This document shows positions 39,990 through 53,186 of a stretch of DNA of 64,000 nucleotides, piece after piece. Source of the stretch: Felis catus (taxonomy: Eukaryota). The notes below the pieces were generated by a model that was not told the DNA's origin, did not search any database, and saw only the letters and a program-made list of their open reading frames with translations. The position numbers were made by a program, and so were the translations under genes. Where the stretch lies: assembly GCF_018350175.1 (NCBI RefSeq), contig NC_058368.1, positions 205,222,001 through 205,286,000 on the forward strand. Direction: 5' to 3'. Position 1 is the first letter of the stretch. Each line of letters begins with the position of its first letter.

Positions 39990-40340
39990 TCTCTTCCTAG
40001 TTCACTGTGTTCCAGCCTGAAAGATTTCCTCACATACTTTGAATATGCCAAGCAGAAAATCCCCCACTTCCTGAAATAATTCCTCACTTCATTAAGATAC
40101 CTGCTGAAATATACCTTATCACCACCCACTGTCTCCCTACTCTCTTTACTTATTTCTTTAAATTTATGTCCACTTTATATATTTATTGACTTATAACTTG
40201 TCTCCACCCTCATCAGCATTTAAAATCCATGAGAGCAAACATTTTTGTTACTCCCTGTTATGTTCCCAGCACCTAGACCAGTGCTTGATATATAGTAACA
40301 TCTCAAAAGTTATTCAGTGCATAAGTAGATGAATGAATGA
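39990..40340 (+). mobile_element. L2 3' end
   Basis: 'taaaatccatgagagcaaacatttttgt...cccagcacctagaccagtgcttgatatatagt...gaatgaatga'. Confidence 0.75.
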
Positions 40341-40772
40341 GAGTGTCTCTGATCTCAATTAAAAATAAAATGTTAAAAGAAAAAAAGGTGAACTAGCATG
40401 GGGTTAATAATAGTAATAGTCTATTTTGCCAAGCATGGACACTTTAAAAATTGCTACCAAATAAAGACTCATTTCCTAAAACAAAAGGAATCTTTAACAC
40501 CAAAATCCAGTAAGAATCTACTACATCAGAAACAAATGAGTGTATTAAAATACTGTTCTAGAAATTCACTATATTTTTTTTATTTTCTTACTTCATACTA
40601 ATGAAAACTTCAGCAAGGAAATCACTACTACAAATACTTTGGCTGTCAACACTTATCTGGGCCATGGCAGGATGCTATCTTATTCTCACTTAACCTTGAG
40701 AAATGATCTGATAAATTGCCTCAGCTAAAGCATTGGTAGTTGATAACTGGAAAAAAACACTAAAATATATTT

Positions 40773-40945
40773 GAAAGAAGAAGAAGGAGGGAGGAGGAGG
40801 AGAATGAGAAGGAGGGGGAGGAGGAAGAAGAAGAAGGCAGAAGAGGAAGAAGAAGAAGGGGAGAAGGAGGAGAAGGAGGAAGGGGAGGAGGAGGAAGGGG
40901 AGGAGGAGGAAGAGGAAGAAGAAGTAGGAGGAGGAAAAGGAGGAT
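40773..40945 (+). repeat. Polypurine (GAA/GAG/GGA)n low-complexity tract
   Basis: About 170 bp, almost entirely G/A. Confidence 0.95.
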
Positions 40946-43939
40946 TGATTTATGATGAAACTGGAAAATGTCTAATGGCTTTTTAGATAGAATTTCTAAC
41001 CTAAAGGCAAGAGAGAGTATATTCTCTTTGTGGAATTTTGGATTTCAGAATCATAAGAAGGAAATTCTTTTTCAGAGCATCCTTCAAATTACCTTCAGAA
41101 AGAGTGAGAGCCCACAGATAAACTTAAAGGAAGTTGTGACATTACACCTGACATAGTATCTCAGATTTGGGGTGAGCCTAAATTGGAATTTGCTGATTAC
41201 TGATTCTTCTCCATCTTGTCTCATTGGAGGGTTACCATTTACATGTAATATCATAAGAGATGCCATATTACGCTTTACCTCTTGGCCATTTGGTCTTTGT
41301 CTTCAGTCTTTGCTATATGGTTTGTTTATTCTTTGTATCTTTTAGGTCTCATAATTTGGAAGAGATACGTGCTGTTTTACTTGTAAGTCTTACAACTAAA
41401 CCATTAGTCTCTAATTATCAGTGTCAAGACTGAAACATCCATTATTTCCTTTTTAATGACAGGACAAAATAATTTGCATATTTGTACCTTCCTTAACACC
41501 CCTATCCTCCCTTTAGTGTTGTTTTCCTTTTTGTTTATAATCTGGAATGTTTTTATTATAATCTTGGATGATTTTTAAGTGTATCATCAATTTCAAAAAT
41601 TATGTTTGTTTCATTCTGTAAACACACGACAATTGTTTACACTTTACTTAAATGGTTTTAGTGTTCAACATCAGTCCTTTCCTATCATGACATACATGCC
41701 AAATTTTTATTTTGATGTACTCTTTTGAGTTCATCTTTAAGTAGTGCTTCTTGTTAGAGGCCCCCAGACAAATGGTCCCTATTTCACCCCCTGCTCATCA
41801 TTGTCACTAACTCTAAGCCCCTCCAAATTAGAAGGTCTTAAAGGTGTAGGCCAGCATTTCCTTATTTCCTGCAAAGGATGCAACACCTCACTATCTTCTT
41901 GGCAAATTTAGGAGACTTTGGTGGCTCCTTTAATAGGTCTCATCTGTGCTCTATTAAAAATCTATTAGAAATTATATTCATATCATATCATTGCTGCTAT
42001 TCTCTACTATTGTTATTCATTTACCATTACACTAGGTTTTAGAGAGAGAGAGAGTCTGAAAGAAGATTTGATCACAACACTCCTTTGCTTCAGATTTCCT
42101 AGCTAAGTCCTCACCTATAAGAGTAACATTCATACTCCATAGAAGAAAGATCCTTTATTCTCTGGGCCAGCCTCTTAAATCTTGTACCAGAGCAAGTGCC
42201 TCATTCACTTCACCCTTGTTCTGGCCCTGTTTCTATGTATAGATAAAGACAGAGGAAGACTTTTTGTCCTTAAGCTGGTTTAGACTGTGTCCAAAATTAA
42301 AACCATCCCTTATTTATTGTATTTTGCTTTTGGTATTTTATTTCATACTAAAAGACTGAATGAAAAATCAACCCAAAGTAAGTAAAAACATTAATAGCAA
42401 CTGAATGAGGACACATATAATGTCAACAAATACAGGAAAATTATCTATGAAATAGCTGTCTTTGTATTTTGACAAATATCAAGGGAACTAGCATCCTAAG
42501 TAAAGCCATCTATGGTGCAAGCCAACAAACACTTTGGAAAAAATTTACCAGTACTTTTGGCTATGAATATTACTTCTCAAATGTTAATAAACATGAAGAA
42601 TTATCCTAGTCAACCAAGAATATCATTCACTAGCATCATCAGGGACCTCTCAGCAACTCTTGCAGTCATTCACAACTGTTTGAGTATGTTGACTTCCAGG
42701 TCAAATATTTTTCTAGCTGGAAAGTCAAATGAAGAACATCTTTTTATAGTTTATTCTTAATTCCCATCTGGATATAACTTATTACAAACAGTCTTATGAG
42801 TTCCTATGACATTTATACATAGAATAACTGCTAAACCTAAGTTAAATTTCTCAAAACATATTACTATGTCTAATGAAGTCATCTTCTGTGATCTATGTTA
42901 AGCTTTCTTCCAAACCAACTTTAAATTACACTCAACCTGCTAAGCACATTATGAATTGCTCCACAGCAAACAGTAGATATGCTTATTTGGCCTAATTAAC
43001 TACGATAAAAGGATCAGCAGGTAACACCTTGTGATATTTGCTGCAATTTCTAAAAAATATGCATAGAAATTGTACATACAAAAGCTGTTTAACAGAAACA
43101 ATTTGTGGGCTCTTTAAACTTTGGGCAAATAAATGAGGGAAAACTGAAATAATATTTTATTTTTTAGACGATGGTAAGTTAAGATAATTTCCACTATCTA
43201 GTTTACACTAATCATTTGAAATAACTCTTATTAGCATGAACTGAATGCTTCTATCTGTAATTAAGCTAAGCTTTTGATACTTAGAACAATAAAATGATTG
43301 GTTTGCATTTATACACACCTCAGTTTTTCCACTTAAAAGACACATAAATACAGATTATTTTCCACTTTTGCCAAGAGATAAAACTGAGTTACTATTAATT
43401 TTATGTACACATTTCTATCAAGCATAAAAGGAGTGGTCAGCCTTCATTTCTAGCTAATTACTACAGTCATTGGATGACAAATGCTTTTTTTCTTAGCAGT
43501 CTGAGAACTCAAAAAAAAAAAAAATAGCTTCCAGAGCTCTGCTATTACTACAAGTATGAGAAACTGGATTACTGCCTAAAAAAATAAGAAAATGTTTTTT
43601 TCAGATATAAAGCTCTGGTGATCATATCCCTAGAATTATAATAAAAAATGTTTTTAAACTTCTAGGTGTGTTTAAAACATGTCTTCTCGTTGATACATTT
43701 TTTGAGAGCAAGATTTTTTTTCTTTTTGGCAGTTGGAGAAGTATCCTATAGTCTCTACTGCTCCTTATAGGGAAGGAGATGGCGTTTATTAGATAGAGCA
43801 AGTACTGTTTGCGACATAAACATTAGCCACCTTTGGCGATGGGGAAAAGAAAGTAATTGTGCTTCTCCTCCTTCCTCGGTGAAGCTCTCCTCAATCTCTT
43901 TTGTTTTCCAAGGTCTTCCCAACCTCTTAATTTTGAAGT

Positions 43940-44470
43940 ATCCCAAGACATTCTCAGTCCTCTTCTTCAGCTACACTCACTTGGTGATTTCATTCAGGCC
44001 TGAGGTTTAATCCATCTTCTCTCTATTCTAATGCTCCCAAATTCTTATCTCAAGTCCAGATCTTGTTCCCAAACTCCAGGTTCCTATATCCAACTGCTGC
44101 CTCGACATTTCTACTTGGATGTCAAATAGCACGCCAAAGTCAGCATGTCCAAAACTCAAATCCTATTCTTTCTCCACAGAGACTTTTGATCTAGGTGTTC
44201 CCTTTGCTGGAAGACTTCCCATCACCCACCTCCTCCCCGTCCAATGGACACGCACTCATGCACACATGCACACATGTACAAACCTGATTGCTGCTAGGCT
44301 AAACTCCTAACTTCTTTACCTTTTACAATCTTTGGTCAGATGCTGCTATCTTAAGGAGTCCTGCCCTGTCTGCCTTATTTAACACAGCAACCTGATCCTC
44401 TCTGTGACTTAGACCCCCTGACCCTACTTACTTTGCTCTACCTGTTGTGCTCACAGCACTTTAACCTTGA
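43940..44470 (+). mobile_element. L2 fragments
   Basis: 'ccaaactccaggttcctatatccaactgctgcctcgacatttctacttggatgtcaaatagc...agcatgtccaaaactcaaa'. Confidence 0.8.
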
Positions 44471-45026
44471 ACAAGTTCAATCATCAAGCAATGGAAATGG
44501 ACAAGTCCAAAAATATTCACTTGCTAATTGCTTTACTATGTTTCTTACTTACTGTCAATACTGAATTTATCTGATAGCCAGGCCCACTACCTAGAAAAAC
44601 CTTAAGCCAAGGCAAGAGTTTATCAGCAGAGATTATAACTGTACCTAAAATTTTTACTTTTTTCTTATCTCCCTATACTTCCACACATATCTAAGAGATT
44701 CACATACCAAATATCTTAGGTAAATACCTCTTATTAGTTACTGACATCTTCACACACAAAATCCATTCTCATGTTGTTTTCCAGATATGCTTCTTAGGAT
44801 ATCTAAATGGAAACCTTTGTTTCTTCATGTATGAAAGTTGCAAACAGCATAAACAATTAATTTCATATTTTGTGCATGAAATTATTTGACTGACATTGGA
44901 TGACATAGAAGTTACTGGTTGTTTACAGTTTAAAGTCCTTGTAAAGCAGTATCTATTGGACTACACTTCTCAATTATTTATCTAAAACTTACTATAAAAT
45001 TTCTATCATCACCATTCTGGTCCACC

Positions 45027-45027
<1 letters not shown>

Positions 45028-45071
<44 letters not shown>
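45028..45071 (+). repeat. (AC)n microsatellite
   Basis: About 22 perfect AC units. Confidence 0.95.
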
Positions 45072-45073
<2 letters not shown>

Positions 45074-45498
45074 CAAAGGCCTGTCACAAGTCTTTCTTTT
45101 CTAAGTCATTGGTTTCCTGAAACAAAGGGAATATCTTTCCTGTTCTTTTCATTAGGAGATTTAGTATTTGCAAACTAAAAGTTTGATGGTAAAAATAGAT
45201 GATTTCTATATGCTTTGTGTTAGGCATATACTGAGCCCTGTGTGTGTATTTGTTCATGTAAATCTGACAACAATCCTATGATGTATGTGTTATTATTAAC
45301 CACTTTACAGGTTAGGAAATTAAGGAACCTTTACCATGGTGAGTAAAGCTAGGTAAAAACCTGCACTCTTTACCCCAACTTCTGGTGTCCTTAACTCATT
45401 GTATAAGAACTTGTCCATTGGCTGCATCAATTACATTACCAGCATCAACATTTTAAAATTATAGAATGTAATAACTTACAGATTTAAGAAATACATTT

Positions 45499-45501
<3 letters not shown>

Positions 45502-45529
<28 letters not shown>
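45502..45529 (+). repeat. (AC)n microsatellite
   Basis: About 14 AC units. Confidence 0.95.
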
Positions 45530-46036
45530 CCATGCACATACAACTAAAACAAAAGTTTCACAAACCAGTAATCAACCTTACTATTTTACTACATGCAAGG
45601 CACTCCAATAGTTTCAATGTTATTCTAGTCTGGTGTAATGTATTTTTTAATTTATCAACTCACTAAATTGACTTATACCTGAGTTAGAAATACTGTGAAA
45701 AACAGTAAATGATGATATTTAGCTTTTATTTTTCTATTACTCTATAAGCTTCTTAATCATTTATCAAATTTGATGCAAAAATGAATTTTAAAATTTTCTG
45801 ATAATTCTGTTTTAAAAAACAATAAAAACATTCAGACTGTATCTACCCAAGAGAAGCATATAATCCAACACTTCAAAAGATTTAAGTTTTTAAATATTTT
45901 CTTAAACAGTAAAACTTACATGAAAACTATCTTTATAATCATGATAAAGCTAAGCACACAGTAGTCTCTCCATGTATATTACAATAAACATAACTATGTA
46001 GCAATAAGTAATAAAGTGGAAATTAGCCTTTTAAAA

Positions 46037-46237
46037 AATTTATTTTTGAGAGACAGAGAGAGGCAAAGCACAAGGCAGGGAGGGGCAGAAACAGAGAAGG
46101 AGACACATACTCCAAAGCAGGCTCCAGGCTCCAAGCTATCAGCAGAGAGCCCAACAAGGGGCTTCAACTCACAAACTGCGAGATCATGACCTGAGCCGAA
46201 GTCGGACGCTTAACCAACTGAGCCACCCAGGTGCCCC
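46037..46237 (-). mobile_element. CanSINE
   Basis: Antisense SINEC_Fc. TSD ccttttaaaa. Confidence 0.95.
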
Positions 46238-46392
46238 TAACCTTTTAAAATTTATTTACCAGCAAATATATTTTTAATTATTTGAAAGAAGTAATTAGTT
46301 TATTTTACTTTTTTTCTTGGGAAATTCAAGACTGGCTTCTATACACAAAAGTTTATAATTTAAAAAATTATAATTTTTAAAATGGCATTGTT

Positions 46393-46611
46393 GGGGCTCC
46401 TGGGTGGCTCAGTCAGTTAAGCGTCTGACTTCGGCTCAGGTCATGATCTCACGGTTCGTGAGTTCGAGCCCCGCGTTGGGCTCTGTGCTGGCAGCTCAGA
46501 GCCTGGAGCCTGCTTCAAATTCTATGTCCCCCTCTCTCTCTGCTCCTCCTGGCTCATGCTCTGTCTCTCTCTCCTTCAAAAATAAATAAAAACATTTTTA
46601 AAAAAGATATT
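46393..46611 (+). mobile_element. CanSINE
   Basis: Sense SINEC_Fc. TSD aaaatggcattgt. Confidence 0.95.
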
Positions 46612-47396
46612 AAAATGGCATTGTCTTGGTAAATAAAATAAATCACTTAAGCATAATTTATTCACAATGTGCAGTGGAATCATTCTTCTCAGAAATGAAT
46701 ATGACACCATTTTCATAGTTGGAATGACTTGGAAGGATATTATTTGTTTTTACCTAAAAGAATAAGTAAAAATACTGACTGGAGAAACTACATATTTCCA
46801 AACTAAGTTTAGCATTTATACATAAGATGAAATGTGAATCTTTGAAGACTGGCAAGGCCAATTCTCACCCCAAATTGGAGTCAGCCAGTCTTAATTTACT
46901 TGGGAAGAACAAGGTTAAGCTCATATTCAGAGACTGTGTCAAAAGCCCTATTACCAAGTACAACTACTAGCCATGTCCAGAAAAAAGTAGCTGGTCTAAC
47001 TTCAATGAAGTTGACAGTAAATGCAATAAAAGAAAGGATGGATGGAAGGCTTGCAGGTAACCAATTGATTTGCAGGAAAGTTAGAGGTGGATTTTCATAT
47101 TTGTGAAATGCTTTTGTGTAGGTATCATGAATTATACATGGCCCATTTATAATGCATATTTTGTGGGAACTAACAGATACCAGGAGTGCAATAGTAGCCT
47201 AAAAGAGTGATAAAGAGAAATAGACTTCATCTTTGTAATCATACTTATGTCATTGATAAGTGTCACAGTTTATTTCCATTGATGGCCTCTTCCCGTCTTT
47301 GAGCTTTCTCAAAAATAGGAAAATATACATAACTCAAATGTTATTTTATTCAAGTGCTAACTAAAGTTTTTGTCCTTGGACTTGACTAGTTAATTT

Positions 47397-47622
47397 TTAA
47401 AAAAAATTTTTAATGTTTATTTTTGAGACAGGGAGACAGAGACAGAGACAGAGCATGAGTGGGAGAGGGGCAGAGACAGAGAGGGAGACACAGAATCCAA
47501 AGCAAGCACCAGGCTCTGAGCTGTCAGCACAGAGCCAGAAATGGGGCTCGACTTCACAAACCGTGAGATCATGACCTGAGCTGAAGTCAAGATGCTCAGC
47601 CAACTGAGCTACCCAGGGGCAC
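47397..47622 (-). mobile_element. CanSINE
   Basis: Antisense SINEC_Fc. TSD cttgactagttaattt at 47381-47396 and 47623-47638. Confidence 0.95.
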
Positions 47623-47638
47623 CTTGACTAGTTAATTT

Positions 47639-50600
47639 ATTTTTTGTCCCCATGGATATTTTATTTTATTTTTTTATTTTTTTAATTTTACATCAAAATT
47701 AGTTAGCATACAGTGCAACAATGATTTCAGGAGTAGATTCCTTGATGCCCTTTACCCATTTGGCCCATCCCCCCACCCACAACCCCTCCAGTAACCCTCA
47801 GTTTGTTCTCCATATTTACGAGTCTCTTCTGTTTTGTCCACCTCCCTGTTTTTATATTATTTTTGTTTCCCTTCCCTTATGTTCATCTGTTTTGTCTCTT
47901 AAAGTCCTCATATGAGTGAAGTCATATGATTTTTGTCTTTCTCTGACTAATTTCACTTAGCATAATGCCATCTGGTTTCATCCACATAGTTGCAAATGGC
48001 AAAGATTTCATTCTTTTTGATTGTCGAGTAATACTCCATTGTATATATATACCACTTCTTCTTTATCTATCCATCAATCAATGGACATTTGGGCTCTTTC
48101 CATACTTTGGCTATTGTTGATAGTGCTGCTATAAACATGGGGGTGTATGTGTCCCTTCGAAATAGCATACCTATATTCCTTGGATAAATACCTAGTAGTG
48201 CAATTGCTGGGTCGTAGGATAGTTCTATTTTTAGTTTTTTGAGGAACCTCCATACTGTTTTCCAGAGTGGCTGCACCAGCTTGCATTGCCACCAACAATG
48301 CAAAAGAGATCCTCTTTCTCTCCATCCTCGCCAACATCTGTTGTTGCCTGAGTTGTTAATGTTAGCCATTCTGACAGGTGTAAGGTGGTATCTCAGTGTG
48401 GTTTTGATTTGTGTTTCCCTGATGATGAGTGATGTTGAGCATTTTTTCATGTGTCGGTTGGCCATCTGGATGTCTTCCTTGGAGAAGTGTCTATTCATGT
48501 CTTTTGCCCGTTTCTTCACTGGATTAGTTGTTTTTTGGGTGTTGAGTTTGATAAGTTCTTTATAGATTTTGGATACTAACCCTTTATCTGACATGTTGTT
48601 TGAAAATAACTTCTTCCATTCTGTCGGTTGCCTTTTAGTTTTGCTGATTGTTTCCTTCGCTGTGCAGAAGCTTTTTATTTTGATGAGGTCCCAGTAGTTC
48701 ATTTTTGGTTTTGTTTCCCTTGCCTCTGGAGACGTGTTGAGTAAGAAGTTGCTGTGGGCAAGATCAAAGAGGTTTTGCCTGCTTTCTCCTCGAGGATTTT
48801 GATGGCCTTCTGTCTTACATTGAGGTATTTCATCCATTTTGGGTTTATTTTTGTGTATGGTGTAAGCAAGTGGTCCAGGTTCATTCTTCTGCATGTCGCT
48901 GTCCAGTTTTCCCAGCACCACTTGCTGAAGAGACTGTCTTTGTTACATTGGATATTCATTCCTGCTTTGTCAAAGATGAGTTGGCCATATGTTTGTGGGT
49001 CCGTTTCTGGGTTCTCTATTCTGTTCCATTGATCTGAGTGTCTGTTCTTATGCCAGTACCATACTGTCTTGATTACAACGTTGTAGTATAGCTTGAAGTC
49101 TGGGATTGTGATGCCTCCTGCTTTGGTTTTCTTTTTCAAGATTGCTTTGGCTGTTCAGGGTCTTTTCTGGTTCCACACAAATTTTAAGATTATTTGTTCT
49201 ACCTCTGTGAAGAATGCTGGTGTTACTTTGATAGGCATTGCATTGAATATGTAGATTGCTTTGGGTAGTGTCGACATTTTAACAATATTTGTTCTTCCTA
49301 TCCAGGAGCATGGAATCTTTTTCCATTTTTTTGTGTCTTCTTCCATTTCTTTCATAAGCTTTCTATAGTTTTCAGTGTATAGATTTTTCACCCCTTTGGT
49401 TAGATTTATTCCAAGGTATTTTATGGTTTTTTTGTGCAACTGTAAATGGGATCGATTCCTTGATTTCTCTTTTTGTTGCTTCATTGTTGGTATATAGGCA
49501 TGCAACTAATTTCTGTGCATTGATTTTATATCCTGCAACTTTGCTGAATTCATGAATCCATTCTAGCAGTTTTTTGGTGGAATCTTTTGGGTTTTCCATA
49601 TAGAGTATCATGTCATCTGCGAGGAGTGAAGTTTGACCTCCTCCTGGCCGATTTGGATGCCTTTTATATCTTTGTGTTGTCTGATTGCAGAGGCTAAGAC
49701 TTTCAATACTATGTTGAATAACAGTGGCGAGAGTGGACATCCCTGTCTTGTTCCTGACCTTAGGGGAAAGCTCTCATTTTTTCCCCATTGAGGATCATAT
49801 TAGCGTTGGGTCATTCATATATGGCTTTTATGATCTCGAGGTATGCTCCTTCTATCACTACTTTCTTGAGGGTTTCTATCAAGAAAGGATGCTGTTTTTT
49901 GTCAAATGCTTTCTCTGCATCTATTGAGAAGATCACATGGTTCTTGTCCTTTCTTTTATTGATGTGATGGATCACATTGTTTTGTGGATATTGAACCAGC
50001 CCTGCATCACAGGTATAAATCCCGTTTGGTCATAGTGAATAATTTTTTTCATGTATTGTTGGATACGGTTGGCTAATATCTTGTTGAGGATTTTGCATCC
50101 ATGTTCATCAGGGAAATTGGTCTATAGTTCTCCTTTTTAGTGTGGTCTTTGTCTGGTTTTGGAATCAAGGTAATGCTGGCTTCATAGAAAGAGTTTGGAA
50201 TTTTTCCTTCCATTTCTATTTTTTGGAACAGTTTCAAGGGAATAGGTGTTAACTCTTCCTTAAATATTTGGCAGAATTCCCCTGGAAAGCCATCTGGCCC
50301 TGGATTCTTGTTTTTTGGCAGGTTTTTGATTACTAATTCGATTTCTTTACTGGCTATGGGTCTGTTCATATTTTCTATTTCTTCCTGTTTCAGTTTTGGT
50401 AGCGTATGTTTCTAGGAATTTGTCCATTTATTCCAGATTGCCCATTTTATTGGCATATAATTGCTCATAATATTCTCTTATTATTGTTTTTATTTCTGTT
50501 GTGTTGATTGTGACCTCTCCTCTTTCATTCTTGATTTTATTTATTTGGGTCCTTTCCTTTTTCTTTTTGATCAAACTCGCTAGTGGTTGATCAATTTCGT

Positions 50601-50888
50601 TAATTCTTTCAAAGAACCAGCTTCTGGTTTCATTGATCTGTTCTACTGTTTGTTTTTGTTTTTTTTGGGTTTTTTTTGTTTTGATAGCATTAATTTCTGT
50701 TCTAATCTTTATTTTTTCCTGTCTGCTGCTGTTTTGGGGTTTTATTTGCTGTTCTTTTTCCAGCTCCTTAAAGCAGAAGGTTAGGTTGTGTATCTGACAT
50801 CTTTCTTCCTTCTTTAGGAAGGTCTGGATTGCTATATACTTTCCTGTTATGACTGCCTGTGCTGTGTCCCATAGGTTTGGGTTGTGGT
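47639..50888 (-). mobile_element. 5'-truncated felid L1 (~3.25 kb; most of ORF2 plus 3'UTR), inactive
   Basis: Minus-strand ORF2 fragments [33 protein letters not shown] and KYLGINLTK, with frameshifts. TSD ttgactagttaattt at 47624-47638 and 50889-50903. Confidence 0.97.
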
Positions 50889-50918
50889 TTGACTAGTTAA
50901 TTTAAAAAACTACACTTG

Positions 50919-51162
50919 GGGGTGCCTGGGTGGCTCAGTCGGTTAAGTGGCCGACTTCGGCTCAGGTCATGATCTCACACTCCGTGAGTTCAAGCCCTGT
51001 ATCAAGGCTCTGTGCTGACAGCTCATAGTCTGGAGCCTGTTTCAGATTCTGTGTCTCCTTCTCTCTGACCCCCCCCCCCCATTCATGCTCTGTCTCTCTC
51101 TGTATCAAAAATAAATAAACATTAACAATAAATAAAAACAAATAAATAACAATAAAAAAATA
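50919..51162 (+). mobile_element. CanSINE
   Basis: Sense SINEC_Fc. TSD aaaaaactacacttg. Confidence 0.95.
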
Positions 51163-51754
51163 AAAAACTACACTTGTCCAGGGCAGTTGGGACACTGCCC
51201 ACAAGATGGTCATGTCCATAACCCTCCCATTTGTTTCCTCCACTGGAAGGACTTGAGAACATAAGAAAGTAACATGCAGAAATGTTATAATTCTTTTTTT
51301 GAGTCTATGCTTTCATATGGAAACAAAAGCCTCTTGTTCCTGGCAACTTGATTCCTAAAATACTTGCCTGCTCTCTCTAATTTGCCTGCACTCTTTTCTA
51401 TATTGCACAATCAAAAAAGTGAAATACCAAAGAGATTTAGCAAATCTATTTGATGCCCACCCTGAGAAGGGCAGGAGAGGACTGCTCACCCATTTGCTTC
51501 TTTTCCTCCTGCAAGTTCAAGACAGGTCTCAATTAGATCAATGGTTCAAATCTAACAGTTTATGTTCATAGCCTTGAGTCTCTATACAAGCCCTGTCCTT
51601 GGCTGAGGAACCAAATGAGAATATTCTTTACTGAAGTGGCCTTAGTCAGGCTTGGGCCATCAGTGTTCACTCATGATTAGAGCAAATGGAGTTCTAGGTA
51701 AGAGAGTTCGGATTCATTCTATAGGCCTCAGAAGTTGTGTCTCAATCTACAAAC

Positions 51755-52715
51755 TCTAGATATTTCTAGATCAGTGATCACACATGTGTGTATGTAATGA
51801 GTGTGATATGTGTGTATAGATGTGTAAAGAGATTTTATGTCTTTTGTTCATTTTGGGAAAAACACAAAAAAGTGAAACTCTGATTCTTTTCTTTGATAAT
51901 TATTCTGAGCCATAGATGGCAATTAATCTGACAATCTCATTCTTACTTCCTGTCCTTTGGGAGGTAAGATTGTTTGTGAACCTTAATTATTGTTTGTAAA
52001 GCTACCATATTTTTCTCCTTTGCTGAGAGAGAAAGTTCCCCTAAAATAGACATTGAAGAGATAAAAGTTCTGCTTTGGGAAATTTAGAAATATGAAAGTC
52101 AGCTGAGTGAAGGGGGGAACAAAGAAATCAGAAGAACAGCTTTCCTCATTCATTGAACAAACACATATTGTTTATGTTCCAGGTTCTCTTCTAAATACTG
52201 ACGGTGGGAGAGGGGGCAGGGAGTAAGCACGTGAGATCAACATACCTATACTTAAACTACAGCGGGAGAAACTGAGAATGAAAACACATACACAATAACT
52301 TATTTAGAATATAAACCGCAGATAGGTACTTTTTTAAAAATCAGAGAAAGAGGCAGAGAGTGTAGGTGAGGTACATTTCACCTAAGGAAGGTGTGTTAGT
52401 TTTCTATTGCTGTATAACAAATTTATCACAAATTTAATAGTCTAATACTATATCCATCTTGACTTTGGTGGTCTGCTGCTTAGGATCTCACAAAGCTGCA
52501 ATCAAGAATAAGTTGGCTGGGGCGCCTGGGTGGCTCATTGGTTAAGCGACTGACTTGGGCTCAGGTCATGATCTTGCAGTTTGTGAGTTCGAGCCCTGTG
52601 TCAGGCTCTGTGCTGACAGCTCAGAACCTGGAGCCTGCTTCAGTTTCTATGTCTCCCCCTCTCTCTACCCCTTCCCTGCTCACACTATGTGTCTCTCTGT
52701 CTCTCAATAATAAAT
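51755..52715 (+). repeat. Copy 1 (ancestral) of a ~960-bp local direct duplication
   Basis: Aligns along its full length to 59410-60367. Confidence 0.97.
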
Positions 52716-52870
52716 AAACATTTAAAAAAATAAAAAAATAAAAAACAAGTTGGCTAAGGCTAGGTTCTCATCTAAGACTAGGGGTCCTCTTCAAGTTCAG
52801 AACACTTCCAAGTCAGCAGGATTCAGATCCTTGCAGCTGCAGAACGCAGTGTGGTTGCTTCTTCACAGCC
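52393..52870 (-). mobile_element. MLT1-type MaLR LTR fragment interrupted by a SINE
   Basis: 'tgtgttagttttctattgctgtataacaaattt...taggatctcacaaagctgcaatcaag...ttggct' continues after the SINE. Confidence 0.75.
52519..52746 (+). mobile_element. CanSINE
   Basis: Sense SINEC_Fc. TSD aagttggct. Confidence 0.95.
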
Positions 52871-52979
52871 TGCATAAACCCCTGATGGCTGAGGAGTGTA
52901 GCCTTTCTTTAGACCCTCTTCCTCCCAAATATTCTCCAGACCCAAGACATGTCAGACTACATTGGAAAGAAGAAATTAT

Positions 52980-53186
52980 TTTTTTTAATTTTTTAAATGT
53001 TTTATTTATTTTTGAGACACAGACCCAGAGCATGAGCCGGGGAGGGGCAGAAAGAGAGGGAGACACAGAATCTAAAGCAGGCTCCAGGCTCCGAGCTGTC
53101 AGCACAGAGCCCAACATGGGACTCAAACTCACAAACCGCGAGATCATGACCTGAGCCGAAGTCTGACTGAGCCACTCAGGTGCCCC
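52980..53186 (-). mobile_element. CanSINE
   Basis: Antisense SINEC_Fc. TSD agaagaaattattt. Confidence 0.95.

Noticed and set aside
40771..40986. Glu/Arg/Lys-rich ORF
   Set aside because: It is the translation of a purine simple repeat.
48067..48921. Longest ORF (284 aa, minus strand)
   Set aside because: It is a frameshifted L1 ORF2 C-terminal fragment inside a truncated L1, not a gene.
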